Assembly (NCBI GenBank): GCA_965199495.1
Contig: CBDASK010000003.1
Span: forward strand, 3,360,001-3,424,000
Source of the DNA: Abditibacterium sp.
GTDB lineage: Bacteria; Armatimonadota; Abditibacteriia; Abditibacteriales; Abditibacteriaceae
Length of the DNA: 64,000 bases
Direction: 5' to 3'
A program made the translations under genes and the position numbers. Below the pieces are notes generated by a model. That model was not told the origin of the DNA, did no database searches, and was given only the letters and a program-made list of their open reading frames with translations. Positions within the stretch are counted from its first letter, which is position 1; every line of letters begins with the position of its first letter. Positions 20,422 through 30,286 of the stretch are shown here, piece by piece.

Positions 20422-22152
20422 ATGCGATATTTCAAATCTCTGGCGGCGCCGCTTTTCGCGACGGCGCTCATTTGCGCGGCCAACGGCGCGGTGTGGGCGC
20501 AACAGGTGCGCATTATCTACCCGCAGGAAGGGCAGGATGTGCGCGGCGAAGTCACGGTGCGCTACGAAGGTTTGCCGCCCGGCGGCTATGCCATCGTCAA
20601 AATTGACGGCCAGTTCAAAGATGCTTCGGCGCAGGATTTCGTGACTTTCGACACCATCTCGGATCGCAGCACCTTCGCCAAAGGCGATGGCAGCTACAAA
20701 GTGGACATCACCGTTTTGCGGCCCGGCGGCGCGCAGGTCGGCACCGCTTCGGCGAATTTTAATGTCGCCAACAACAAAGTGGATGTCGCGGGCGAAGCGG
20801 TCAAACTCACGCATTGGAAGCCCACCGATATTTTGCGCGATTCGGTCGAGCGTTATCGCGTTTTTGCCGAAAGCGATGCCGTCATTGACGATGGCACGGC
20901 GGGCGGTGGGGCGTCCGGCGGCGGTGGTGGGGGCGGCGTTGAAGGCGGCGGCGGGGGCGCGGCAGACAATTCGATTCCCGCGCCGCTCGATTGGCAGGTC
21001 GCGGCTTTGATGCGTCGTCAGGTGCGTAATATCGGTATGTATAACGGCTCGGCCAACATCGCCACGGCGGTGCAGGAATCGTTTGATCGCCAGCGTAAGG
21101 GCGAAGGCGGCGGGGGCGCTGGCGCCGAGGGCGGGCTGGGGAGCAGTTCTTCGTCGGGCCGCTCTAAAGCTCCGACTTCGGCGGCGCCCGCCAAGGCTCC
21201 GTGGAATGTGGACGATCATGGGGTACCTCTGTGGAACCGGGCGCCCGAAACCGGCAAATATTTCGTCAAAATGATCGAGCCAAACGGCACCGAAATCAAC
21301 GCGACGCGCAAAGCTCCGACGATTGCTATCGCCGATTTGCTGCCGACGTTTCCCGATGCCGAGGTGCGCCCCGGTTCGACATGGGAAACCAATATGACGA
21401 TTCTGGGCGATTTGTCCACGCGCAAAGGCATCAACGTCACGGCGCCCATCACTTTCACGGCTTACGATACGATTCTCACGCCCGGCGGCGAAAGCCGCCG
21501 TTGCGCCAAATTGGAATCGCGTTTCCGTTTGCCAGAAAATCTGTCCAAACAGATTGCCGCCGGTTTGGGCAGCAAAATTGGTTCGGCGGGCGGCGCGGGT
21601 GGCGGTGCGGAAAGCGGCCCTCCGGGAGGCGCGCCAAGTGGCGGCAGTGCTTCGGGCGCCGCCGCCGAACCGACGCTTACGCCCGAAGATATCGAAGTCG
21701 CGCGCACTGATGTGGCGCGCGTGATGTGGTTCGACATGGATCGCCGTCAGGTGCTACGCTCGGAAGATACCATCAAATCTTACTTCGAGATTCCGCCCAC
21801 TGCGATGGATGCGGCTGGCGGCGGTGGCCCTTCTTCTGTTCCCAGCGGCGGTCGCGGCGGTTTTCCGGGCGGCGGTGGCTTTCCGGGTGGCGGTGGCTTT
21901 CCGGGTGGCGGCGGTTTTCCGGGCGGCGGCTTCCCGGGCGGCGGCTTTCCCGGTGGTGAAGCTGGCGCTGACGCCGCGCCTGCCCAGCCAACCAAAGTCG
22001 ATTACAACCTGAATGTTACCACTTGGTTCGACGACCGTATTCCTTCGCCCAACTTCAGTTATACCGGTGGTCTGGGAACGGCCCATTCCAGAGATAGCGT
22101 CAACGAAGTCGGCATCTCGCGCGTTACGAAAAACGCCAGTGCCAACGGTTAA
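20422..22152 (+). CDS. exported glycine-rich hypothetical protein
   Basis: Signal peptide (..AVWA/QQ), Ig-like N-domain, Gly-rich linkers, GG(G)FPG repeats. Confidence 0.7.
   Translation: MRYFKSLAAPLFATALICAANGAVWAQQVRIIYPQEGQDVRGEVTVRYEGLPPGGYAIVKIDGQFKDASAQDFVTFDTISDRSTFAKGDGSYKVDITVLRPGGAQVGTASANFNVANNKVDVAGEAVKLTHWKPTDILRDSVERYRVFAESDAVIDDGTAGGGASGGGGGGGVEGGGGGAADNSIPAPLDWQVAALMRRQVRNIGMYNGSANIATAVQESFDRQRKGEGGGGAGAEGGLGSSSSSGRSKAPTSAAPAKAPWNVDDHGVPLWNRAPETGKYFVKMIEPNGTEINATRKAPTIAIADLLPTFPDAEVRPGSTWETNMTILGDLSTRKGINVTAPITFTAYDTILTPGGESRRCAKLESRFRLPENLSKQIAAGLGSKIGSAGGAGGGAESGPPGGAPSGGSASGAAAEPTLTPEDIEVARTDVARVMWFDMDRRQVLRSEDTIKSYFEIPPTAMDAAGGGGPSSVPSGGRGGFPGGGGFPGGGGFPGGGGFPGGGFPGGGFPGGEAGADAAPAQPTKVDYNLNVTTWFDDRIPSPNFSYTGGLGTAHSRDSVNEVGISRVTKNASANG
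21856..21957 (+). repeat. coding tandem repeat of 15-18 bp units encoding GG(G)FPG
   Basis: Repeated ggcgg(t)ggctttccgg. Confidence 0.85.
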
Positions 22153-22166
22153 TTGAAGGTCAACTC

Positions 22167-22202
22167 AAAAACCCGCGCCTCTCGTTCGAGGCGCGGGTTT
22201 TT
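22167..22202 (+). terminator. intrinsic terminator
   Basis: aaaacccgcgcctc-tcgttc-gaggcgcgggttttt. Confidence 0.85.
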
Positions 22203-22293
22203 GGGTTACAGAGTTCTGTAACTTTAGCTTTTCCTCTATCGAAAGTAATTTCGCAGGCTATGGCGTTTCCTCATGTAGATACGACAACTCTCT

Positions 22294-22368
22294 GCGGGGC
22301 TGACGCTCTCTTCCAATCGGCGTAATTGCGAAAAATTATTGCCGATTGGAAGAGAGCGTCAGCCCCGC
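22294..22368. repeat. GCGGGGCT..CTCTTCCAA palindromic element, copy 1
   Basis: gcggggctgacgctctcttccaatcggc / gccgattggaagagagcgtcagccccgc. Confidence 0.9.
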
Positions 22369-22827
22369 TGGTGTAGCCGACCGATGAGGAAGCTATCGTT
22401 TCGCTCGAAAAGTCTGCCGATTGGGATTAGGCAACTAAAGCGTCAAAATTTCGGCTTTGGAGGCGCGGGTGCGCGGTTATACTGAAATGGTCTGTTGCTT
22501 CGCATGAACCGAAATCTTAGCTCGGTGGCCCTGCGACTCTTTCTCTAAATTTTCGTTTTTGGCGGATCGAACTTTCGCCAGAAGTTCTCTTTTCGATGGA
22601 AATTCCTTTGATTTGGTGGTGGCTGTGCGCCGTTTCGTTGAATATCTCTCTATTCGACCTGCGCGCGCGCAATTGCCGACAATGGAGAGCGATGCCCGCG
22701 CCAATTTTGGTGACGGCACCGCGCGAAGGCGCGTGGATGGTCGCGCGCGCGCAAGAGTTGGGAGCAACGGCATTCCGCGAAAACCCGCGACGCTCGAACG
22801 CGCGCGCGGGCCGCGAAAGGGGCATCC

Positions 22828-24411
22828 GTGAATCCAAACTTCCTCGTTGGGGTTGTTGTTATATTGTTGGTCGGAATAGGGGCGGGCGCGATTTTCTTCG
22901 CCAATTTGCTGCGCGGTGCGAACCAGCGCGCCAGCGCTTTAGTCGAAGAAAATCATCGGGAATCTGAGCGTGAAAACGAACGCAAAAGCGCCGAACTGCA
23001 AAGCGAACTGGCGCGCCGTCAGGCCGAACTCAAACTCGAAGCGCGCGAAGAAATTCAACGCGAAGTCGCTCGTCTGCGCGACGCGATGGAAACCGAAACC
23101 GCCGAGCGTCGCGCGGAGATTAAAGAATCCGAAACGCGTCTGCGCGAGCGCGAAACGCGTTTAGACCGGCGCATCAAAGAAATTGAAGGCCGCGACAAAA
23201 AATTGGGCGAGCGCGCCGTGCAACTCGAAAGCAAAATCAGCGAGGCCGACGAACTTATCGCGCAGCGCCACGGCGAGTTGGAGCGCGTGGCTCGTCTTTC
23301 CGAGGGCGAGGCCAAAGAATTGTTGCTGCAACGCGTCGAGGATGAAACGCGCGAGGCGATGTCGAGCGTTGTGCTGCGCATCGAAGAAGAGATGCGCGAC
23401 CGCGCCGAAGAGCGCGCCCGCAAACTTCTGGTGATGGCGATGCACCGTTGCGCCGTTGACCAGACCAGCGAAAGCGCGGTTTCGGTCGTGCCTCTCCCGA
23501 CCGAAGACCTCAAAGGTCGCATCATCGGGCGCGAGGGCCGCAACATTCGCACGTTCGAGCAATTGTCGGGCACCGATTTGATCATTGACGATACGCCCGA
23601 AGCGGTCATGGTTTCGTGCTTTGATCCGGTGCGCCGCGAAATCGCGCGCACGGCGCTGGCCGATTTGGTCTCCGATGGGCGCATTCATCCGGCGCGCATC
23701 GAAGAAGTTCTGGCGCGCGCCAAAGGCGAAATCGCCGTCAAAATGCGCGAGGCCGCCGAGCGCGCCTGCAACGATGCCAACGTGCGTTTGCCCAAGCCGA
23801 TCATGGAGGTCGTCGGGCGTTTGCTGTATCGCACTTCGTATGGTCAGAATATTTTGTGGCACTCGGTCGAGATGGCGAAAATCGCCGCGACCATCGCCGT
23901 CGAAGTCGGCGCCGACGTGAACGTCGCCAAGCGCGGCGCGTTTTTGCACGACATCGGCAAAGCTCTGGATCACGACCACGAAGGCAGCCACGTCGCGCTG
24001 GGCGTGGAACTGATGAAGCGCCATCGCGAGAGCGACGCGGTCATTCGCGCGGCGGGCGAGCATCATCACGATGTCGCCGAAATGTCAAGTCTGGAAGCGG
24101 TCATCGTGCAAATCGCCGATATGATGTCGGGGTCGCGTCCCGGCGCGCGCCGCGAAAACGTCGAAATTTACGTCAAGCGTCTGGCCGAACTGGAAAAAAT
24201 CGCCGATAGTTTTGAGGGCGTCGAGAAATCCTACGCGATTCAGGCGGGCCGCGAGGTGCGCATCGTCGTCAAGCCCGAACGCGTGGATGATTTGGCCGCG
24301 CTCCGTCTGGCCCGCGACGTGGCTCGTCGCGTGCAGGACGAAATGACCTATCCCGGCGAGATTAAAATCACCGTCATCCGCGAAACGCGCGCCTCGGAAA
24401 TCGCGCATTAG
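22828..24411 (+). CDS. rny: ribonuclease Y
   Basis: N-terminal TM, coiled coil, KH domain (KGRIIGREGRNIR), HD domain (LHDIGKA), RPGARRE. Confidence 0.97.
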   Translation: MNPNFLVGVVVILLVGIGAGAIFFANLLRGANQRASALVEENHRESERENERKSAELQSELARRQAELKLEAREEIQREVARLRDAMETETAERRAEIKESETRLRERETRLDRRIKEIEGRDKKLGERAVQLESKISEADELIAQRHGELERVARLSEGEAKELLLQRVEDETREAMSSVVLRIEEEMRDRAEERARKLLVMAMHRCAVDQTSESAVSVVPLPTEDLKGRIIGREGRNIRTFEQLSGTDLIIDDTPEAVMVSCFDPVRREIARTALADLVSDGRIHPARIEEVLARAKGEIAVKMREAAERACNDANVRLPKPIMEVVGRLLYRTSYGQNILWHSVEMAKIAATIAVEVGADVNVAKRGAFLHDIGKALDHDHEGSHVALGVELMKRHRESDAVIRAAGEHHHDVAEMSSLEAVIVQIADMMSGSRPGARRENVEIYVKRLAELEKIADSFEGVEKSYAIQAGREVRIVVKPERVDDLAALRLARDVARRVQDEMTYPGEIKITVIRETRASEIAH

Positions 24412-24413
24412 TC

Positions 24414-24670
24414 TCGGATGTCGGATGTCAGATTTCGGATGTCAGATTTCGGAGAGGGCGCGCGTTGTCATTTCGAGTGAGGCACGAACCGAGAAATCTT
24501 TCGCCCGCGTGGCAACGCAGAGTAAAATCCGCCTCAAAGTGCAAGAGAATGCCTGACTTCCGCTGGCGCGGGGCCGCAAGATTTCTCGGTTCGTGCCTCA
24601 CTTGAAATGACACCGCGCGCCCTCTCCGAAATCTGACGTCCGAAATCTGACATCTGAAATCCGACATCTG
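24414..24670. repeat. composite palindromic element, copy 1 (outer heptamer arms, inner TGTCA..TGACA palindrome)
   Basis: tcggatg/tcagatt units, then tgtcatttcgagtgaggcacgaaccgagaaatct ... agatttctcggttcgtgcctcacttgaaatgaca, then the complementary heptamers. Confidence 0.9.
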
Positions 24671-24715
24671 GTAACCTAAATGCGAGGAGTCAGCGCTCAT
24701 CATCACACTCTAATT

Positions 24716-24979
24716 ATGCAGACCTTGCGCGTATCGGCCAAAAGCAAACCCAACACCGTCGCCGGAGCTATCGCGGGCATTATGCGCGAAGAAGGCGAAG
24801 TCGAAGTTCAAACCGTCGGTGCGGCGGCGCTTAATCAAGCGGTCAAAGCCATCGCGATCGCGCGCGGTTTCGTCATCGCATCGGGCATCGATCTGGTGTG
24901 CGTGCCGTCGTTTTCCGAAATCGAAATAGATGGCAACGAACGCACCGCGATTAAATTATTGGTTTTGAAACGTAAATAA
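24716..24979 (+). CDS. spoVS: stage V sporulation protein S family
   Basis: LRVSAKSKPNTVAGAIAG...GAAALNQAVKAIAIARGF; typical position downstream of rny. Confidence 0.93.
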   Translation: MQTLRVSAKSKPNTVAGAIAGIMREEGEVEVQTVGAAALNQAVKAIAIARGFVIASGIDLVCVPSFSEIEIDGNERTAIKLLVLKRK

Positions 24980-25046
24980 CATTTCTTTATCAATTGACAG
25001 GTTCGGTTGAAACGTGGCACCGCGATTGTTCGTAATTCGCCATTCC

Positions 25047-25673
25047 ATGAATCTCAACTTAAAAAATTCTCTCGTTATTTTCTGCGGCTTCTCGCTGGCG
25101 ACGGCAGCAGCCACGGCGGCTTATGGTCAAGGCCCGGTGCTGCCCATCGAGCCGATGCCAGCCGCCGCAACCGCCAAGAACACCGTATCGGCCATTGACT
25201 TGACAACGCAGGCCGAAATCAATGAACGTGAGTATTTGCGCCGCGCCGCCGGATTGACGGCGCTGCATGGCCCCGGCATTGTCGTGACTTTGCGCGACCG
25301 CAAAGGCATCAAAAGCAAGGACGCGTCCCAGTCCATTCCCGGCTTGGTTCACGATTACGATTTATCTGCCGTCGTCAATCAATTGCGCGCCGCCGATGCC
25401 GAAGCTATCGCGATTAACGGCATACGCGTGGGCAGCCAGACCGCTATCACCGTGTCCGGCTCTTCGATTTATATCGGCGGACAAAGAATTGGCAACCCAT
25501 TTGAAATCGAGGCCATCGGCGATGCGGGCCAGATGAAAAACAGGCTGGAGGCGTCGGGAATCGCAAGCGAACTCAAAAATGTTGGCCCCTACATCAGCGT
25601 GGCGACTTCCAAAAACCTGCGCGTGCCTGCGCTCAAAGAAGCGCCCCAGTTTCGCTTTGGCAAGCCGGAATAA
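25047..25673 (+). CDS. DUF881 domain protein
   Basis: AGLT...GPGI.VTL.D, VHD.DL..VVN.L.AA.AEAIAING.R, PF.I.AIGD. Confidence 0.85.
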   Translation: MNLNLKNSLVIFCGFSLATAAATAAYGQGPVLPIEPMPAAATAKNTVSAIDLTTQAEINEREYLRRAAGLTALHGPGIVVTLRDRKGIKSKDASQSIPGLVHDYDLSAVVNQLRAADAEAIAINGIRVGSQTAITVSGSSIYIGGQRIGNPFEIEAIGDAGQMKNRLEASGIASELKNVGPYISVATSKNLRVPALKEAPQFRFGKPE

Positions 25674-25689
25674 TGGAGGCGCGCCACAC

Positions 25690-25724
25690 AAAAAACGCCC
25701 GCAACGAAAGTTGCGGGCGTTTTT
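25690..25724. terminator. bidirectional intrinsic terminator
   Basis: aaaaaacgcccgcaac-gaaa-gttgcgggcgttttt between convergent genes. Confidence 0.9.
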
Positions 25725-25742
25725 GTTTTCGCGGCCAAAACT

Positions 25743-27629
25743 TTAGTTCAAGCGCAGATAATTATCGCGATAAGCGTAGTATTGGTCGTCGTTGTAGGCG
25801 ACGCGCTGATCTAAACGCACGCCGATGCGCGCGCCTTGTGCGACCTTTGCTTCGGCGGCTTTATCGCCTTTGTTGGCGCCATAAAGGTAGCCGCCCAACG
25901 CGCCTAACAGCGAAGGCAAAACGCCATCTTTCTTCAAAACGCGACCAATCACGAAACCGGCGGCGGTGCCGATGCCGATGACTTTGAGCTTGTCGCCACT
26001 ATTGCTGCCCGCTTTGGCCATAATGCGACCGCCCGTTGTTTGCACGCTCTTGTCATCAAGCGTTGTCAAATTTCCAGTCAACGGCACGCGCTCGCCGCCC
26101 GGCAGAATCGCGGTGTTGAAGTCGAAGTCCAAAACGCCCGGATCATTGCCCTGCATCTGGCGCGCTTCGGTCACGCGGCCAACCAGAGTTGTGCCCGCAG
26201 GAAACTCGCTGTCGCCCAACTTTTGCGAGTCAACCGTCGCGGTAATCTCTTCTCCAACGCGCGCCGTGGCTGATGAAAGCGTGGTGTTGAGCGTTACCGG
26301 CACAACGGCTCCGGCGGGAATCGAAATCTGGCGCGCTCCGGCGACGATTTGGTTGTCGCCATTCACGGTGTTGGTCGGAATCGGCGGATAAACCGTCTGG
26401 CCGTTGGCGTCGTAGACCGGATTTGGCATCGTGTTCGTCACCTGATAACCGTCGTAATTGTCGCTGGGACGCACGCTGGTCGTCTGGTCGTAACCGTAAT
26501 CGTTGGGATTGAATCGCGTGTTGACATCGCGCAAATACGGATCGCGGAAGCGGCCATAATCGGTGGTGTCGGTGTAACGCGCCGCGTTGGTCAGCTCGAC
26601 GCCCAATGTCGTGTTTTGCGCCAGACGAGCCTCTTCGGCTTTCTTATCGCGACTGCGCGAGAACAGGTAGCCACCGGCAGCGCCCAGAATCGTGGAGACG
26701 GTCGAGTTGCTCTTCAAAACGCGGCCCAACACGTAGCCCGCGCCCGCGCCGATGCCGATAACTTTGAGGCGATCATCTTTTTTGGCACCGTTTGCAATTA
26801 AACGTCCGCCCTGATTGGAAACGTTGTCGGTATCAAGCGAAGCCAATTGACCTTGCAGAGGAATGCGCGTACCGTCGGGCAAAATTGCGGCTGTCCAATT
26901 GAAATCCAACACGCCCGGTTGGTTATTGGCGCTCGGTTGCGCTTCGGTCACTAAACCTTGAATTTTGGTGCCCGCCGGAAATTCGCTGTCGCCCAAACGC
27001 ACCGTTTTAATCGTGGCGGTAAAAGTATCGCCCACGCGCGTCGTCGCTGAATCCAACGCTTTGTCAAGCGTGACAGGAATGACGACGCCCGAAGGAATCG
27101 AAATTTGGCGATAGTTGGCGACCTGTGAACCAGTCGTGCCATTGTTATTGCCATAGTTGGGCAACGTGTTGGAATTGGTGCCGACGGGAATCGCTGGAGT
27201 TGTGGTTTGCGGCGTACGAATCGAAACGGTCTGTAGTGCGCCGTTCCAGTCCACTTGGGCGCCGGTCGCTTCGGCGACGAAACGCAGCGGCACAAAAGTG
27301 CGCCCATTGACCAAAGTCGCGGCTTGATCTAAAGTGACCGGCGCGCCGTTGACCGACGCGGTGCGATTGTTGATGGCGAGACCAATTTGCGTGGTGCCGC
27401 GCGTAGCTAAAATCGTTTGCGCGGCGGCGTTCCAGTTGACGGTGGCGCCCAGCGCCTCGAAAATATCGCGCAGAGGAACCAGCGTGCGTCCGTTCATCTG
27501 GACGGGCGCCGTCGAAGTCGCGAGCGGCTGACCATCGAGATTGACCGCGATGTCGGCGCTGGCAAAATTCGCGGCGCTCAGCGTTGTCAGCAGGGCGCCC
27601 GCAATTAAAATGGGTTTGGTTGTTTTCAT
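25743..27629 (-). CDS. copper amine oxidase N-terminal (stalk) domain protein with a duplicated beta-rich plus glycine-zipper module
   Basis: NGRTLVPLR/GRTFVPLRF; QISIP.G.V.PVTL...SEFPAGT...LKVIGIG occurs twice. Confidence 0.8.
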   Translation of the reverse strand: MKTTKPILIAGALLTTLSAANFASADIAVNLDGQPLATSTAPVQMNGRTLVPLRDIFEALGATVNWNAAAQTILATRGTTQIGLAINNRTASVNGAPVTLDQAATLVNGRTFVPLRFVAEATGAQVDWNGALQTVSIRTPQTTTPAIPVGTNSNTLPNYGNNNGTTGSQVANYRQISIPSGVVIPVTLDKALDSATTRVGDTFTATIKTVRLGDSEFPAGTKIQGLVTEAQPSANNQPGVLDFNWTAAILPDGTRIPLQGQLASLDTDNVSNQGGRLIANGAKKDDRLKVIGIGAGAGYVLGRVLKSNSTVSTILGAAGGYLFSRSRDKKAEEARLAQNTTLGVELTNAARYTDTTDYGRFRDPYLRDVNTRFNPNDYGYDQTTSVRPSDNYDGYQVTNTMPNPVYDANGQTVYPPIPTNTVNGDNQIVAGARQISIPAGAVVPVTLNTTLSSATARVGEEITATVDSQKLGDSEFPAGTTLVGRVTEARQMQGNDPGVLDFDFNTAILPGGERVPLTGNLTTLDDKSVQTTGGRIMAKAGSNSGDKLKVIGIGTAAGFVIGRVLKKDGVLPSLLGALGGYLYGANKGDKAAEAKVAQGARIGVRLDQRVAYNDDQYYAYRDNYLRLN

Positions 27630-27782
27630 GATTGGTTTTCCTTTTTATGTTGTCGGAATAACGAACAAGCGGGCAGACGCCGTGCCGAGTGCATTGTTCG
27701 ATAATTGAATAGCAGTAAATCACCGTCCTCGGTCAAGTTCTGTAAAAGTGAGCGTGCGAAGATTCGAGTTAAAATTAAGAGC

Positions 27783-28682
27783 ATGAATCAACTCATCATC
27801 GCGATTATCGGCCCGACGGCGAGCGGCAAAACCGCGCTCGCCATCGAAGTCGCGCGCCGCCTAAACGGCGAAATCGTCAACTGCGACGCGATGCAAATCT
27901 ATCGCGAATGCGACATCGTCACCGCCAAACCAACGCCGCTCGAACGCGAAAGCGCGCCGCATCATCTGTTGGACATTTGCGCGCCCGACGAACAATTTTC
28001 GGCGGCGCAATGGGCGCAGTTGGCGACCGATAAAATCGCCGAAATTCGCGGGCGCGGCAAAGCGCCGATTGTTTGCGGCGGCACCGGCTTCTATTTGCGC
28101 GCCTTGTTAGAACCGCAACGATTGAGCGCGCCCGCGCCCGACGAAGCATTGCGCGCGCAATTGGAAACGCGTTTGGAACGCGAGGGCATCGCGGTTTTGC
28201 TGAAAGAACTGGGGCAAATGGCGCCCGACATCGCGGCGAAGTTGGAGCCAAACGATCATTATCGTGTGATTCGCGCGCTGCAAATCGCGCATCAAACCGC
28301 GCGCGGCGATGCGGCCACGGCGACTGACTCACCAGTTGAAGCGCAGGTTTTCGCGTTGAATTGGCCGCGCGAAACGCTTTACCGCCGCATCAATATGCGC
28401 GTTGACGCGATGTTGCAAGCGGGGGCGCTGGACGAAACGCGCGCTTTGTTGGACAAGTGGGGCCGCTACGCGCCGTGGGCGAGCGGTGTCGGTTACAAGC
28501 AATTGCTCGACGTTTTGGAAGATCAGGTGCCACTCGAAGACGCGATGCGCGATTGGAAACAGGCGTCGCGCCGTTACGCGAAGCGGCAGGAAACGTGGTT
28601 TCGCCATCAAACCAACGCGACGTGGCTGGATGCGACGCGCGATATTTCGGAGCTTGGAGACCAGATAGCGGATTTCGGATAG
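27783..28682 (+). CDS. miaA: tRNA dimethylallyltransferase
   Basis: GPTASGKT, DAMQIY, GGTGFY, YAKRQ.TWF. Confidence 0.96.
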   Translation: MNQLIIAIIGPTASGKTALAIEVARRLNGEIVNCDAMQIYRECDIVTAKPTPLERESAPHHLLDICAPDEQFSAAQWAQLATDKIAEIRGRGKAPIVCGGTGFYLRALLEPQRLSAPAPDEALRAQLETRLEREGIAVLLKELGQMAPDIAAKLEPNDHYRVIRALQIAHQTARGDAATATDSPVEAQVFALNWPRETLYRRINMRVDAMLQAGALDETRALLDKWGRYAPWASGVGYKQLLDVLEDQVPLEDAMRDWKQASRRYAKRQETWFRHQTNATWLDATRDISELGDQIADFG

Positions 28683-28900
28683 CGGATTTCGGATAGGGGC
28701 GCGTGGTGTCATTTCGAGTGAGGCACGAGCCGAGAAATCTTGCGCCCGCGCGGCAGCGCAGTTCGAGCGGTTTTCACTTTTAGATTTACGCCTCATCGCC
28801 GCTGGCGCGGGGCCGCAAGATTTCTCGGTTCGTGCCTCGCTCGAAATGACACCGCGCGCCTTATCCGAAATCTGCTATCCGACATCCGAAATTTGCTATT
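28662..28900. repeat. composite palindromic element, copy 2; overlaps the miaA stop codon
   Basis: gcggatt/tcggata heptamers plus tgtcatttcgagtgaggcacgagccgagaaatct ... agatttctcggttcgtgcctcgctcgaaatgaca. Confidence 0.9.
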
Positions 28901-28938
28901 CTTAAAAACGCGTTCCCGCGCGGGGCGTTTGAATTCTC

Positions 28939-29850
28939 ATGTCTCTTGAAATTTCTTTCACGAAAATGCACGGCTCCGGCAACGATCACATCATGATTGA
29001 TTGCATCAATAACCCGATGCCGCCCGAAAACATTATGCCCGAACTGGCCAAGCGCTCCTGCGCTCGCAATTTTGGCGTGGGCGCCGACGGCCTGATTCTG
29101 ATTATGGAAGACGAAGAGGGCGACGCTGATTATCGCATGAGAATGTGGAATCCCGACGGTTCCGAAGCCGAAATGTGCGGCAACGGCATTCGTTGTTTCG
29201 CCAAATATCTCTTCGACCAAGGCATAATCGAGGCGCGCCCAATTTCGGTCGCGACAGAACAGGGTTTGCAGAGCATCGAAATCGTCGGCGGTCAGAATCG
29301 CAATGCGTCCTCGACGCAGGTGCGCGTGGATATGGGCGCGCCGCGTTTGTTGCGCTCGCAGATTCCGATGGCTTTGCACGAGGGAAATGGCGGCGACGGG
29401 CGCATCGTGGATTATCCGCTCGATGTCAATGGCGAGACTTTTCGCATCACGGCGGTTTCGATGGGCAACCCGCACGTCGTGATTTTCGTGGACGATGTCG
29501 AAACCGTGCCGCTCAAAGAAATCGGTTTGGAAATCGAGCATCACCATGATTTTCCCCAGCGCACCAACGTCCATTTCGTGCAAATGATGGGGCCACGCAA
29601 ACTGTGGGTGCGCCACTGGGAACGCGGCGCGGGCGATACTCTGGCGTGCGGAACCGGCGCCTGCGCGTGCGTCGTGGCTGCTGCGCTGAACAGCAAACTG
29701 CCCGAAGGCGACCGCAGCGCGATGACGCATCTGCCCGGCGGCGACCTCAACATCGAATGGGCGGGCAACGACCACGTTTATATGACCGGCCCCGCCAAAA
29801 CCGTGTTTTCCGGCACGTTGAGCCGCGAGTTCCTCAAAGGTTTGATTTAA
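28939..29850 (+). CDS. dapF: diaminopimelate epimerase
   Basis: KMHG.GND, EMCGNG.RC, SMGNPH, ERGAG.TLACGTGACA. Confidence 0.97.
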   Translation: MSLEISFTKMHGSGNDHIMIDCINNPMPPENIMPELAKRSCARNFGVGADGLILIMEDEEGDADYRMRMWNPDGSEAEMCGNGIRCFAKYLFDQGIIEARPISVATEQGLQSIEIVGGQNRNASSTQVRVDMGAPRLLRSQIPMALHEGNGGDGRIVDYPLDVNGETFRITAVSMGNPHVVIFVDDVETVPLKEIGLEIEHHHDFPQRTNVHFVQMMGPRKLWVRHWERGAGDTLACGTGACACVVAAALNSKLPEGDRSAMTHLPGGDLNIEWAGNDHVYMTGPAKTVFSGTLSREFLKGLI

Positions 29851-29861
29851 CTGGGAGCATC

Positions 29862-30218
29862 ATGCCAATTTTAGCCACCGAAGTTGCTGAACCCGCCATC
29901 CAGACGGGCACCCAATTTTCGCCCGAAATTTTCTCTGACGAGGACGTGAATTTGGATAAGCCGTGGAATGTCGTTTTGCTCGACGACGACAATCATTCTT
30001 ACGAATATGTCATCGAAATGCTGGGCGTTTTATTTGGTTACGCGATTGACAAAGCCTATCTCATGGCGTGCGAAGTGGACGAAGAAAAACGCGTCATCGT
30101 GTGGACGGGCCATCGTGAAATCGCCGAACTCAAGCAGGAACAAATTCACGAATATGGCCCCGATTGGCGTATGGTCAGCGAGGGTTCGATGAGCGCCGTT
30201 TTGCAACAAGCGCGCTAA
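29862..30218 (+). CDS. clpS: ATP-dependent Clp protease adaptor
   Basis: WNVVLLDDDNHSYEYVIEML...A..LM..V. Confidence 0.85.
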   Translation: MPILATEVAEPAIQTGTQFSPEIFSDEDVNLDKPWNVVLLDDDNHSYEYVIEMLGVLFGYAIDKAYLMACEVDEEKRVIVWTGHREIAELKQEQIHEYGPDWRMVSEGSMSAVLQQAR

Positions 30219-30286
30219 TTTCGGTTGAGAACCTTCAAAGTTAAGGCGCGCAATCGGCGAAAATTTCGCGTGGGCTTGGCGATTGC

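Noticed and set aside
22200..22830. 6S RNA, RNase P RNA or tmRNA upstream of rny
   Set aside because: No signature sequences recognised; the strongest stem belongs to a dispersed repeat family
24716..25673. spoVS and DUF881 as evidence of sporulation
   Set aside because: Both families occur widely in non-sporulating bacteria, and rny-spoVS linkage is ordinary
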